Both the position numbers and the translations under genes were made by a program. A model generated the notes under the pieces. It did not search any database and was not told the DNA's origin. It saw only the letters and a program-made list of their open reading frames with translations. From IMG/VR virus record IMGVR_UViG_3300011113_000640, positions 62,001-126,000 of that record: a stretch of DNA of 64,000 bases; one strand, given 5' to 3'. This document shows positions 1-9,761 of this stretch, in pieces; within the stretch, counting starts at the first letter, position 1, and each line of letters opens with the position of its first letter.

Positions 1-2
1 AT

Positions 3-1472
3 GGCAGCATAGGCAATGTCATACCTGTGGCTTCAAACGCATATAGTCTAGGAAACGCCACCAATCAGTGGTTGGACTTATGGGTTTCAAATGCAACCAT
101 CTACATGAATTCAGTGCCCATCACCGTGGGTGCTGGCAATGTGTTATCTGTTGCTGGCAACGCAGTTGCAACCGCTAACTCGCTGGGTAATATTGGATTT
201 GTTGGTGATACAATCTATGACCTCAACGGAATCAGCATACAAAATTCAGATTTAACACACGGTGCCACAGCGATTATAACTATCCCAGTCAATGGTGATG
301 CCAATGCTATCCTATTAAACAACACCTACGGCAACGTTATATTACAAGCAGGTGCCAATTCAGATCCAACTGCCGCCTGGACCTTCAGGAACAATGGCAA
401 CCTATCACTGCCTGGTGGTGGCCTACTGGGAAATACCTACGGTGACAATCCCAACGCTGTGGGATTACAAGCTGGCCCGGGTGGCTATGCTGGCCTTAAT
501 AGTCACGACCAAGGTCAATTTGTCCAGGCCGATGGCAATGGTGTTTACATAGGCACCGACTATACTGGAAACAGTTATATTTGGACATTCAATGCCAGTG
601 GAAACCTTGTCTTGCCTGGCAATACATCCAGTATCAATTACGCCAACGGAGCTCCTTATGGCGGCACAGGCACCACCACGACCCCGGGTGGCAACACCAC
701 TGAACTACAGTTCAACAATGCCAATGTCTTTGCTGGCAGTGGCAATCTCACATTCAATTCTGCCAATGCACTCCTGTCTGTGGGCGGACCTGTCAGTGCT
801 GTGGGCAACGTCACTGGCAACTACTTTATAGGCAATGGTAGGCAACTCACAGGCATCACAGTCACGGCCAACACCGGCAACATTACATTCAACAATTCAA
901 CCATAGTTGGACCCAGCTTTGGTGTGGCACCCAGTGCCAACAGCAGTGTGTATATCCAACCCACAGTGGATTCAGCCACTGCATATCAATTCAGCGGTTC
1001 TGCCATGTCTGCTCCTGGCAACGTCACAGTCAATGGCAATCTAACTGTTGGTGGTACATTGGTAAACAGAGTCTATTTTCTTGAAGCCTATGCAAATGTA
1101 ACTTACACCTTACCAGGTAGCTTTACTGAAGATCCTTGTAGATATAGTGTTGTAAGCAGTAATGTCAATGTATCAAGCAGTTGGTTCAATACTTCAACTT
1201 ATACATTTACACCACAAAAGGCCGGTTATTGGGAAATCACCGCCGCTTATGATGTTTATAGAAATGCTGAGGCAAGTATGGTAATTAAGAAAAATACCAG
1301 CATTGTAGCTTCGGCAGGATCTTTTAATGCAGTGGCTCAACAGATAACAAAAATTGTCTACCTAAATGGTTCAACTGATTATATAAACATTTACAATTAT
1401 GGTGGAGCAGCACTTTCAAGAAGTCAATACGCAGAAAGGTCTTGGTTCCAGGCAAGATGGGTAGGCGAATAA
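3..1472 (+). CDS. Tail-fibre-like structural protein with C-terminal C1q-like domain (5'-truncated by window edge)
   Basis: Frame is open from the window start; G/N/T-rich; WTF-x3-GNL-x-LPG repeats; C-terminal FTPQKAGYWEI...IVYLNGSTDYI resembles C1q-like jelly-roll tips of phage fibres. Confidence 0.7.
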   Translation, partial: GSIGNVIPVASNAYSLGNATNQWLDLWVSNATIYMNSVPITVGAGNVLSVAGNAVATANSLGNIGFVGDTIYDLNGISIQNSDLTHGATAIITIPVNGDANAILLNNTYGNVILQAGANSDPTAAWTFRNNGNLSLPGGGLLGNTYGDNPNAVGLQAGPGGYAGLNSHDQGQFVQADGNGVYIGTDYTGNSYIWTFNASGNLVLPGNTSSINYANGAPYGGTGTTTTPGGNTTELQFNNANVFAGSGNLTFNSANALLSVGGPVSAVGNVTGNYFIGNGRQLTGITVTANTGNITFNNSTIVGPSFGVAPSANSSVYIQPTVDSATAYQFSGSAMSAPGNVTVNGNLTVGGTLVNRVYFLEAYANVTYTLPGSFTEDPCRYSVVSSNVNVSSSWFNTSTYTFTPQKAGYWEITAAYDVYRNAEASMVIKKNTSIVASAGSFNAVAQQITKIVYLNGSTDYINIYNYGGAALSRSQYAERSWFQARWVGE

Positions 1473-1498
1473 GTATTAGATAATCAAGGATTGCTGTC

Positions 1499-2284
1499 AT
1501 GCCAAACATAGGAAACGTTACGCCGGATGGTCAATACATCATTGACACAACCCCTCCTGGGCAGAGCTTAAACAGTGCTTTTGTAGATGTCAACTTGAAT
1601 TTTGACCAAGTCTGGGCCACTGGACTGGTCAACAGCAACATCCAGATAGCCAACAACACTATCTATACCACCAATACCAATGGTAACTTGATCTTGAATC
1701 CCAATGGCATAGGTGCTGTAGTTGCCAATGCGCATGTTGTACCAGATTCCACCCGTGTGCGCAATCTAGGAAGTCCCAGTCTTTATTGGGATAGCCTGTA
1801 TGTTTGGTATGGCAACATACAAAGTGCCTCAATAGCCACGGCTAACATTGGCAATGCCACAATTGATAATATCAATATTGAAAACATTGGCAACCTGACG
1901 ATTCCTGTGGGCAACCTACATATCTTAGGTGGCACCAATGGCTATGTGTTGCAGACTGATGGCACTGGAAACTTGACTTGGACTGCACAGACCGGCAGCG
2001 GCAACGGATCTCCGGGTGGGTCCAACACACAAGTACAGTTCAATGATGCTGGCTTGTTTGCTGGTACCACAGCATTTACATTTGACAAGACTTCCAACAC
2101 TCTTGCAGTTGGCAATGCAGTGGCCAGCAATCAACTGCGTGCCTTAAACGGCGTAGTTTTTAACAGTCGAACCATAACGCAAGGATTCACGCTAGATGGA
2201 TACAATGCCGAAAGTGTAGGGCCCATTGACATAGCCGCCGGAGTTGTGATTGACATCACCAATGGTGACTGGGTAATTTTATAG
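1499..2284 (+). CDS. Tail-fibre-associated structural protein
   Basis: 261 aa; GYVLQTDGTGNLTW and PGGSNTQVQFND motifs typical of phage fibre proteins. Confidence 0.65.
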   Translation: MPNIGNVTPDGQYIIDTTPPGQSLNSAFVDVNLNFDQVWATGLVNSNIQIANNTIYTTNTNGNLILNPNGIGAVVANAHVVPDSTRVRNLGSPSLYWDSLYVWYGNIQSASIATANIGNATIDNINIENIGNLTIPVGNLHILGGTNGYVLQTDGTGNLTWTAQTGSGNGSPGGSNTQVQFNDAGLFAGTTAFTFDKTSNTLAVGNAVASNQLRALNGVVFNSRTITQGFTLDGYNAESVGPIDIAAGVVIDITNGDWVIL

Positions 2285-2296
2285 CCCGCAATACGC

Positions 2297-2302
2297 TAAA
2301 TA
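2297..2302 (+). promoter_or_regulatory. T4-late-like promoter (TAAATA)
   Basis: TAAATA in the intergenic gap before the 2324 structural gene; the same hexamer recurs before many genes. Confidence 0.55.
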
Positions 2303-2323
2303 CGAAAACAACGAGAATTCACA

Positions 2324-5300
2324 ATGACAACAAGACTAACTGAACTGGCCATAAGCACCACAGGCAACATCACCGGTGGAAATGTTATTGCCAATGTGGT
2401 ACAAACCAACAATTTCCAATACGCCAATGGACAACCTTTTACGGGTGGCGGCAGCACATATGGCAATGCCAATGTGGCCGCTTACTTGCCAACTTACACA
2501 GGAGATCTCAGTGCTAACAATGTTACAGTGGGCACTGTGTATTCACCTAACTTTTATGGCAATGCGGTAATTTATACAAATGCTACCGGATATCTTACCA
2601 GCACTAATTTGTTCAAGTACAATCCCGGCACCGAAACTCTTACAGTCGGTTCTGCGAGTCTAACAGGAAATGTTTCTGCAAATATCGTGACAGCCCTGGT
2701 GGGCAACATTACCAATCTTGATAGCTTGAACTTCACAGTAGAAAACATTTCTGCCTTGGTGGGCAACAATGGAGTCAACATTGGAGCTGGAGGTAACAAC
2801 AATCTTGTTGTGTTGCCAACTGAAGTGCTGATACAAAACGTGCCGTTGTCAGCGGCAGGCAATATAATGGCCAATGGCAACATTACAGCCAACTACTTCA
2901 TTGGCGATGGCAGCCTATTAACCAACTTGCCCAGCGGCGGTGGCAACACAGGCAATGTGACCTTTAGTGATCAAACGGTCATAGGCACTGGCACCAATGA
3001 CGGTGGTGGCGGATTGTATCTGGCTCCAGGAAATGCCAGTATTGCTAACAGTGCAGTGCAATATCTCAGAGTGCGTGGTGGTGATTATCCCACACACATA
3101 CACCTTGACACCGGCAACAATCTATACTATGATCAATACTTTGGCGATGACAGCAAGTATGTGAAAATAGAAGGCACTGGTAACATTGTAATCAACCCGC
3201 AACAGGATGGCGGCCCTAGTGCTCAATGGACATTTGGTTATGATGGTGCAACAATATTCCCAACATTAAGTGTCCAACGTGGCGATAATCCTTCGGGCAC
3301 GATTACAGGTCAAACTCTGTTGATTGGTGATAACGCACAAGAAGCAATCATTTCAACACCCGACGGTGATGCCGACGGCAATCCCAATAGCCAACGCCTG
3401 GTGATCAATCCTGGTGCAGGTGCTGATACCACTTCAGGTGAAGGTGGAGACATCTATCTCTGGGCTGGTCGCGGTGGCGATGTCAACGGCAATGGCGGTG
3501 ATGTCAAGATCCGTGGCGGTTTTGGTCCCGGCAATGGCCAGGGCGGATATATTCGTATAGAAGCAGGTGATGTTGGCAATGTAGGCACCCCTGGCTATGT
3601 GTATCTCCGAGGCGGCGATGCCAACTTTGGATCTGGTGGCTACGTCTCACTCCAAGGCGGCTATGGTGGTGATGGCCCAGGCGGTGCAATAAACATCCAA
3701 GGTGGTGACAGTGGCAATGGTGATTTATACGATGGCAATGTCAATATTCTGACTGGTAGCCATACCTGGACCTTTGACAACACTGGTAACTTGACCTTGC
3801 CCGGCAACACTTTTGCTGTGAACTATGCCAATGGAACACAAGTACCACTAGGCGGTGGCGGTGCCAACACCGGCAATGTCACATTCAGTGATCAGATCGT
3901 GATAGGTACCGGCATCAGCAATCTTGTCAGTGGACTATACCTGGCACCCAGCAGTTCTAGCGCAAATGCCGTTCAATATTTGCGAGTGCGTGGAGATACC
4001 AGTTACGAACCCACTCACATACATTTTGACACCGGCAACAACCTATATTTCAATCAGTTCATCGGCGATGACAACAAGTATGTGTTGTTGAGCAACATCG
4101 GCAACATCGTGATCCGTACCGACGACTATGCAGGCAACTCAGCACAATGGACATTTGGCGCAGATGGTAATCTAACATTCCCTGATACCACAGCCTTAGT
4201 GGCCGGCAATGGTATCAGACTCGAAGCCAATTCTGACAGCAACACATCAGGCATTGTGGTCTATGGCGACGCTGACGCAAATGTCTATGCCCACAGCAAT
4301 GTAGTAATCTATACTGATTCCAACGGCGCTGGCAATACCTGGACATTTGACAACACTGGCAACTTGACAGTTCCCGGCAACATCATTATGACCACAGGTA
4401 TTGTTGGGTCTGGAGCAAGTCCAGCACCTTACCTGTCAGGATTCAGCAGTGTGTCGGCCATCACGGTCAGTGCTTCGGGCAACATCACGGCTGGCAATGT
4501 TGTTACCACAGGATCGGGCGGTGATATCACCATGACTGGCGGCAACATCACTGGTGCCAATATAGTTAGTGCCAACACATTTGTTTCCAATGCATTTAAT
4601 GTTGTCACAGCCGGTAATTTGTCGATCACTTCTCAGTATGGTCTTGGCTTCACTGGTACAATATTGGAAGATAACGGCACACTCGAACTCATTGCCAAGG
4701 GCGGTGGTGCCGTGGTTGTTGGTTGGGACAGCACCTATGGAAACGGGCTAGGCAATATTGCCACTGTAAATTTTAACGAAGTTGGTGGTGGCGAAGGTAA
4801 TATTCTGCTTCGCACAGGCAATCGTTCCGCTACTGAATACAACTGGAACTTTGATAGCACTGGTAACTTGACAGTTCCTGGTGGTATGATCATCAACGGC
4901 AACATCAACACGCTGGGCACACAGACAGCATTGTTACAACCCACTGATGATCTGCCATTAGCGTTCATAGCATCCGGAGCCAACGGTTCAGTTACATCAT
5001 TCTGGGCCGAAGATTTTGCTAACTTGATGACCAGCAACATAGCGGCCATCTACACACCGTTGCAGAACACACAGACCGTGCGTATTGTCACTGGCAACAA
5101 TGGTGGCAACATAGCCATCTACGACTTTGACAACGCAGGAACCTTTTCTACCGCTGGCGTTTCGGCCACAGGAAGTATCACAGCCAATACTATAACCTTA
5201 ACTGGATCTGGAACAGCAGTCAACGCTGGTTCTGGCGACATCTTGACCAACCAGGTCACAGGCACGCAGTTCAACTTCTTGAATGGGCTTTATACTGTAA

Positions 5301-5587
5301 ATCTCAATGCCGGACAGGCCACTGCCAACTATGCCCTGCGACTGCCGTCCACAGCCGGATCAAACAATCAAGTCTTGATCACAGATGGTACCGGAAATTT
5401 GAGCTGGACTTCATCCAGCGTAACCACGCCGGTACCCTTGGCCAATCTCACAGCAGTGGCCGGAGGTCGTGCGTTTGTCAACAACGGCAACTTGGCAGCC
5501 GCTGGCAACTTTGGAGCACAGATTGGATCAGGTGGATCCAATATTGTTCCTGTATGGAGCGATGGTAGTAACTGGTATATAGGTTAA
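2324..5587 (+). CDS. Long tail fibre / adhesin-like protein with internal duplication and Gly-rich segment
   Basis: 1087 aa; duplicated ~100-aa module, repeated WTFDNTGNLT motifs, GG-rich stretch; C-terminus shared with the 12468 ORF. Confidence 0.7.
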   Translation: MTTRLTELAISTTGNITGGNVIANVVQTNNFQYANGQPFTGGGSTYGNANVAAYLPTYTGDLSANNVTVGTVYSPNFYGNAVIYTNATGYLTSTNLFKYNPGTETLTVGSASLTGNVSANIVTALVGNITNLDSLNFTVENISALVGNNGVNIGAGGNNNLVVLPTEVLIQNVPLSAAGNIMANGNITANYFIGDGSLLTNLPSGGGNTGNVTFSDQTVIGTGTNDGGGGLYLAPGNASIANSAVQYLRVRGGDYPTHIHLDTGNNLYYDQYFGDDSKYVKIEGTGNIVINPQQDGGPSAQWTFGYDGATIFPTLSVQRGDNPSGTITGQTLLIGDNAQEAIISTPDGDADGNPNSQRLVINPGAGADTTSGEGGDIYLWAGRGGDVNGNGGDVKIRGGFGPGNGQGGYIRIEAGDVGNVGTPGYVYLRGGDANFGSGGYVSLQGGYGGDGPGGAINIQGGDSGNGDLYDGNVNILTGSHTWTFDNTGNLTLPGNTFAVNYANGTQVPLGGGGANTGNVTFSDQIVIGTGISNLVSGLYLAPSSSSANAVQYLRVRGDTSYEPTHIHFDTGNNLYFNQFIGDDNKYVLLSNIGNIVIRTDDYAGNSAQWTFGADGNLTFPDTTALVAGNGIRLEANSDSNTSGIVVYGDADANVYAHSNVVIYTDSNGAGNTWTFDNTGNLTVPGNIIMTTGIVGSGASPAPYLSGFSSVSAITVSASGNITAGNVVTTGSGGDITMTGGNITGANIVSANTFVSNAFNVVTAGNLSITSQYGLGFTGTILEDNGTLELIAKGGGAVVVGWDSTYGNGLGNIATVNFNEVGGGEGNILLRTGNRSATEYNWNFDSTGNLTVPGGMIINGNINTLGTQTALLQPTDDLPLAFIASGANGSVTSFWAEDFANLMTSNIAAIYTPLQNTQTVRIVTGNNGGNIAIYDFDNAGTFSTAGVSATGSITANTITLTGSGTAVNAGSGDILTNQVTGTQFNFLNGLYTVNLNAGQATANYALRLPSTAGSNNQVLITDGTGNLSWTSSSVTTPVPLANLTAVAGGRAFVNNGNLAAAGNFGAQIGSGGSNIVPVWSDGSNWYIG

Positions 5588-5591
5588 TGCC

Positions 5592-6323
5592 ATGACCATA
5601 ACCGTAGGAAACGGAATCACACTAGGTGCAGGCATTACATTAGCACCATCAGTGGGGCCGTTGACTAATCAAGTATTGAGTCTTGACGCTGGCAATCCTG
5701 CCAGTTATCCTGGCACAGGCACTGTCTGGACTGACACAGTTGGATCAATGCCGTTTACACTGGTAAACGGTCCTACCTATAATAGTGCCAATGGTGGCTA
5801 CATACAATTCAATCCCAGCAGTGGACAGTATGGCTACAGCACTACAAACTTGGGCACACTGTCTAATTGGAGTATTGAAGCTTGGCATTACTATGATGGA
5901 ACCAACACTTCTTCTGGACCCAACATATTCACAGAATATCAATATGCGGGCGGCACTATCAATCTTGGCCTGGGCTGGGGAGGTGGCAGCGGAAGTGACA
6001 GTGAGTTAAATGCCTGGTGGTACGGTGGTGGCTTCCACGGTACTCCGTCATATTCACTCACACCCGGAGCATGGTATCAGATTGTGGGCACATTCGATGG
6101 CACCACTCTCAACCTGTATGTAAACAACACCCTGGTACGAACTGCTACAGAACCGCCAGGCGGTGCCGCCAATCCTGCAATTGGCTATGGTTTGATGACT
6201 CGTTGGGATCCAGGTGGGTTGTGGGGCGGCCGGTTGGCCATTGTCAATGTCTACAACTCAGCACTAAGCGGCGCAGAAGTTGCTCAAAACTTCAACTACT
6301 ATCGATCACGCTTCGGCCTTTAA
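5592..6323 (+). CDS. LamG / concanavalin-A-like domain virion protein
   Basis: LDAGNPASYPGTGTVWTD N-terminus; WYQIVGTFDGTTLNLYVN and YNSALSGAEVAQNF LamG-type motifs. Confidence 0.8.
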   Translation: MTITVGNGITLGAGITLAPSVGPLTNQVLSLDAGNPASYPGTGTVWTDTVGSMPFTLVNGPTYNSANGGYIQFNPSSGQYGYSTTNLGTLSNWSIEAWHYYDGTNTSSGPNIFTEYQYAGGTINLGLGWGGGSGSDSELNAWWYGGGFHGTPSYSLTPGAWYQIVGTFDGTTLNLYVNNTLVRTATEPPGGAANPAIGYGLMTRWDPGGLWGGRLAIVNVYNSALSGAEVAQNFNYYRSRFGL

Positions 6324-6677
6324 CTTCGCAATATGTTTGCAATCGCCCTTTTGCCATTTGCTGGCAGGGCAAGTACATGACCAAGCACCGTTGTCGTCTG
6401 TGACAGTGTACACATTTTTACCACTACCCACGACTCTATACTCCCGACCACGCACGGGTTCGGATTGCTCATCCACACCAAAGTTCCAGACATTCTTGAC
6501 CTCTCGGAACTTGCGACCACGAGTATGGAATCTGTATGGGGTCCGCATGGTCTGGACCACCCCGTCGCTTTCACGAACATAGCCATACATTTTGTCTCGG
6601 CTGTCGTTCAAAAAGTAAACATGATTGGGGACAGCAAAGTCGCTGTCCCATTCTGTGATCTCTTGAAAGGCCTTCAT
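6306..6677 (-). CDS. SWIM zinc-finger protein
   Basis: CTCPASKWQKGDCKHI matches the CxC-xn-CxH SWIM motif. Confidence 0.75.
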   Translation of the reverse strand: MKAFQEITEWDSDFAVPNHVYFLNDSRDKMYGYVRESDGVVQTMRTPYRFHTRGRKFREVKNVWNFGVDEQSEPVRGREYRVVGSGKNVYTVTDDNGAWSCTCPASKWQKGDCKHIAKLKAEA

Positions 6678-6940
6678 TAGCGGCTCAGATTCATTACACG
6701 ACCTTGGAATTCGTTAAAACTAACTCTCCAAGGCACATACATTTCGATACCAACACGACCCTTGTCTTCCGAGTCGGACCATGAATCACGTGTGACGCGA
6801 ATCTTGTAGGCCTGATAACCTTGCTCAGTGCTATGGGCGTCAATCACTTGGCCTTCGATAAAGCAGTCTTCACGGCCCGCCATGGGCTTGAAGTCATATG
6901 CACGAATAATGTCACCATCTACTATTGTTAGTCCAACCAT
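6677..6940 (-). CDS. Hypothetical early protein
   Basis: 87 aa, AGGAG RBS, directly behind a sigma70-like promoter. Confidence 0.7.
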   Translation of the reverse strand: MVGLTIVDGDIIRAYDFKPMAGREDCFIEGQVIDAHSTEQGYQAYKIRVTRDSWSDSEDKGRVGIEMYVPWRVSFNEFQGRVMNLSR

Positions 6941-6971
6941 TTGTTCGCTCCTTTTTATTAACTATACATAC

Positions 6972-7000
6972 ATTATAACCGATCGGGCATTTTTGGTCAA
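6972..7000 (-). promoter_or_regulatory. Sigma70-like early promoter
   Basis: TTGACC-17 bp-TATAAT on the - strand. Confidence 0.8.
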
Positions 7001-7066
7001 CCGGGCAAAATACAGTATTTTTAGGTGGCGTAAGTCATTGATTTCCAAGGACTTTTTTCCTTGTGT

Positions 7067-7231
7067 TTACAAGGGATCCAAGTCCGAAATTTTAAATTCC
7101 AGGCAGTTTTCTGGGTAGTCATATTCACTGGCATCGTCGATGATCACAGCCTTGTTGCCTACAATTTCCATGACTTGGCCCGTGATGCTTAGATCCTTGG
7201 TTGTAACAAAATCGCTGATGTTGATTTTCAT
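7067..7231 (-). CDS. Small hypothetical protein (54 aa, MKINISDFV...)
   Basis: Read manually; ATGA overlap with the upstream gene and a GAGGA RBS. Confidence 0.6.
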   Translation of the reverse strand: MKINISDFVTTKDLSITGQVMEIVGNKAVIIDDASEYDYPENCLEFKISDLDPL

Positions 7232-7467
7232 ATTAAGTCCTCTTCGATGTAAACTGTGAATGCCCGGGCGTCGGCCTTGTGAGTATCGCGTTGGCGTCCG
7301 TGTGGACCGCGATAGCGTATGCGGAACCTGTAGCCCAGTCGGTGCAGGCCCATTCTCACGGTTTCCACATGACCAATGGGCACCATGCGTAGATCTGGAT
7401 ATTTCTGCACCAGACTATACAACGGTGCATTCCCAGAAATAAATGATTCTACCGGCAAGTGCTTCAT
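7228..7467 (-). CDS. Hypothetical protein
   Basis: 79 aa, translationally coupled within the early operon. Confidence 0.6.
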   Translation of the reverse strand: MKHLPVESFISGNAPLYSLVQKYPDLRMVPIGHVETVRMGLHRLGYRFRIRYRGPHGRQRDTHKADARAFTVYIEEDLI

Positions 7468-7736
7468 GCCACTTCCAATAAATTGGCCGGAACATTGTAA
7501 CGACCTCGGGGAGTGTCAACCAGGACGTATTTCTGCTTGATGCGATTCACAGTGCCTGCGATGTAAAAATTCTGTTTGGGATGATAGAACTTCACGCTTG
7601 CCCCAGGAGCCAGTTGACGCTTGACTTCTCGACCAACTTGAGCTCGGGCGTATTTGAGAGCCTGTGCTACCTGTTCGATGTCATCGTTGGTCAAGGTGCC
7701 GCTCATGAGTTCTGTGACTATTTGATTAACTGACAT
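7464..7736 (-). CDS. Hypothetical protein (SH3-like C-terminus)
   Basis: Start moved to MSVNQ, which has a GGAG RBS; 90 aa. Confidence 0.65.
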   Translation of the reverse strand: MSVNQIVTELMSGTLTNDDIEQVAQALKYARAQVGREVKRQLAPGASVKFYHPKQNFYIAGTVNRIKQKYVLVDTPRGRYNVPANLLEVA

Positions 7737-7905
7737 TTTCTGTCTCCTGTTCAATGCTGTCGATTTCAAAATTGTCGCCGTCATAGGCCGGCCCAGTGTC
7801 GTAGTCGCCGATGTCAATCCGGGCTTGTGCCTCTTCCAGGCTGTTGGCTTCTACCACAAACTCGTAGAATACAGTTTCGCTGGCTAGTACTCGAAATTTA
7901 GACAT
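7726..7905 (-). CDS. Small acidic hypothetical protein
   Basis: MSKFRV... start with GGAG RBS; VVEANSLEEA motif common in phage early proteins. Confidence 0.6.
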   Translation of the reverse strand: MSKFRVLASETVFYEFVVEANSLEEAQARIDIGDYDTGPAYDGDNFEIDSIEQETENVS

Positions 7906-8086
7906 GTGCAATCTCCCAGTTGGCAATGCGACGTTCTACTTCTGCATCTATGAGTCCTTGGTACACCAGATCACTGACACCAGGACTGGCACCGCCTTGA
8001 TACGCTTCTGACAATGTCAGTAGATCTGGTGTGCTGAGATCACGGAGCATGGCTCGGTATTCGGTCACGGTTTGGTATTTCAGCAT
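7898..8086 (-). CDS. Hypothetical protein
   Basis: 62 aa, AAGGAG RBS. Confidence 0.6.
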   Translation of the reverse strand: MLKYQTVTEYRAMLRDLSTPDLLTLSEAYQGGASPGVSDLVYQGLIDAEVERRIANWEIAHV

Positions 8087-8095
8087 GGCTTCTCC

Positions 8096-8485
8096 TTAGT
8101 TGGCTTCGTAAGCGACCCGAACACGCTCACAGAACTCAGCACGGACTTTGGCCGCTTGCTTGGGTGTGAGTTTGACGTCATCATCTTCCGCGAGTTCACT
8201 ACGTTTTACTTTTACAGTGCGAGCTTTCTTGGGCTTGAATGGGTTTTCGTCCTTGGCATGTCGCACAAAGAACGCCACACAGGCCGGATCTTTGCCCATG
8301 TAATCCATGGCCAAGAGTTCTTTGGCGGCCGCACCTTTGGTGGCCACGGGTCGGATACTGACCATGTAAACCGACTCGCCAAATGCTTCTAGTTGGAAAA
8401 TGCGTTTTTCATCAGTGGCAGTACGGAATTTCCAGGTGCCATCTTTCAAAATGCTGTAACCTGCGTATTGGATTTGCTTGCTCAC
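8096..8485 (-). CDS. Hypothetical early protein
   Basis: 129 aa, GTG start with AGGAG RBS, first gene after a sigma70-like promoter. Confidence 0.7.
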   Translation of the reverse strand: MSKQIQYAGYSILKDGTWKFRTATDEKRIFQLEAFGESVYMVSIRPVATKGAAAKELLAMDYMGKDPACVAFFVRHAKDENPFKPKKARTVKVKRSELAEDDDVKLTPKQAAKVRAEFCERVRVAYEAN

Positions 8486-8514
8486 GATTGCTCCTTTTTG
8501 TTTACTATAGAACT

Positions 8515-8543
8515 AGTATAGCAAATCGGGCATTTTTGGTCAA
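8515..8543 (-). promoter_or_regulatory. Sigma70-like early promoter
   Basis: TTGACC-17 bp-TATACT. Confidence 0.8.
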
Positions 8544-8559
8544 CCGTTTGGAAATTGCT

Positions 8560-8579
8560 AGGTTAGTGCGCACTAACCT
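8560..8579. repeat. Perfect 20-bp palindrome AGGTTAGTGCGCACTAACCT (copy 1 of 3)
   Basis: Self-complementary; related copies at 39004 and 39278. Confidence 0.85.
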
Positions 8580-9698
8580 TTAAAGCATGCTGTTGTTATT
8601 ATGCCATTGGAAAAAGTCGGGCAAGACCTGTTTGTTATTTGTATTTTTAAATTTGCTGAGAAAATCAACGGCGCCTGGGTAAAAATCCTCAATCAAAGAT
8701 TTATTAAATTGGCCATCCAAAAATTGTGGCAACAAATCCTGCAGGTCGCAACGCAGTAAGATTTTGGCTATTTCTATATTTTTAAAAGGTGTCCAGGTTG
8801 TGGTATTGCCAAGATGCCAATGTTGATGATCATTGACCAAATGATTGATAATTTGCCGGTTCAGATCATGTATCGTGGGATATTGATGTCGCAGTTGATG
8901 TCTTGTGTTCCACGATTCAGTCCAGAGATCGTGATATTTGCTAAAATGATAGTAATGATATTTGTCTTTGTTTTGTTCCAACAACTGGCCAAAATTGATG
9001 TCATGCCAACTTGTCAACATGGCGATGACCGCAGGACCACGTAAAAAATATTCATCCCCGCAACTGCCGGTGGCCAACCATGTGGGTTGATTCCAATGAT
9101 GTATCTGCCCATAGGCCCAAAATGATTTGAGAGTTTTATTGTTATGACAAGTGAACATATCATAGTCATAGTATTCGTGAGTGATCAACTCAAAATCAAT
9201 CCGATCTCGCATCAGCATGGCATACAACAACAAGGTATCAACTCCACCCGAACAAAACAATTTTAAATTTTGAATCTGCAGGCTCGATAATCGATCCAAT
9301 GACTGAGACAAATGATCGCCAACTCGTTCCTGAGCTTGTTGCAAGGTCAAGGGTTGATCGGGCACGGAATAATCAATTGGACGTTTGGTGACCAGCACAT
9401 TGCCTTCAAAATCAATCAGCAAATCATCATCGGCCCAGGCCTGTGTGCTGGCCGCATCACAAGGTAGATTTGTTGATATTCCTGCGCCGTGCCACAGCGG
9501 AAAACTTCTCGGAGTGCTGTGGTTGATTTTCACGCCAATTTCAGTCATTTGCAACGCACAATGATTGTCGTAGTAGCCCTTGGTCCACTGGTCTAGCGTG
9601 GGTCGTTGCCAACCATGGTCACAGTTGATCCATAGATTTCCGCACTGCCAATGGTTGGGAAATCTACTATCTTGTTGTTTGGTTATGCTAAAAAACAT
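8580..9698 (-). CDS. Asparagine-synthase-like / N-type ATP pyrophosphatase
   Basis: FCSGGVDT PP-loop and ATGSCGDEYF (cf. TGxGGDELF); no N-terminal Cys glutaminase domain. Confidence 0.6.
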   Translation of the reverse strand: MFFSITKQQDSRFPNHWQCGNLWINCDHGWQRPTLDQWTKGYYDNHCALQMTEIGVKINHSTPRSFPLWHGAGISTNLPCDAASTQAWADDDLLIDFEGNVLVTKRPIDYSVPDQPLTLQQAQERVGDHLSQSLDRLSSLQIQNLKLFCSGGVDTLLLYAMLMRDRIDFELITHEYYDYDMFTCHNNKTLKSFWAYGQIHHWNQPTWLATGSCGDEYFLRGPAVIAMLTSWHDINFGQLLEQNKDKYHYYHFSKYHDLWTESWNTRHQLRHQYPTIHDLNRQIINHLVNDHQHWHLGNTTTWTPFKNIEIAKILLRCDLQDLLPQFLDGQFNKSLIEDFYPGAVDFLSKFKNTNNKQVLPDFFQWHNNNSML

Positions 9699-9761
9699 TT
9701 GGTTTTTGGAAAAATCTTATGTATACATTGATAAGTATAACATAGTAATTATGAAAACACA

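Noticed and set aside
7027-7045. GCGTAAGTCATTGATTTCC, resembling recombinase- or att-associated motifs
   Set aside because: Only one copy was noticed and there is no recombinase in the window, so support is insufficient.
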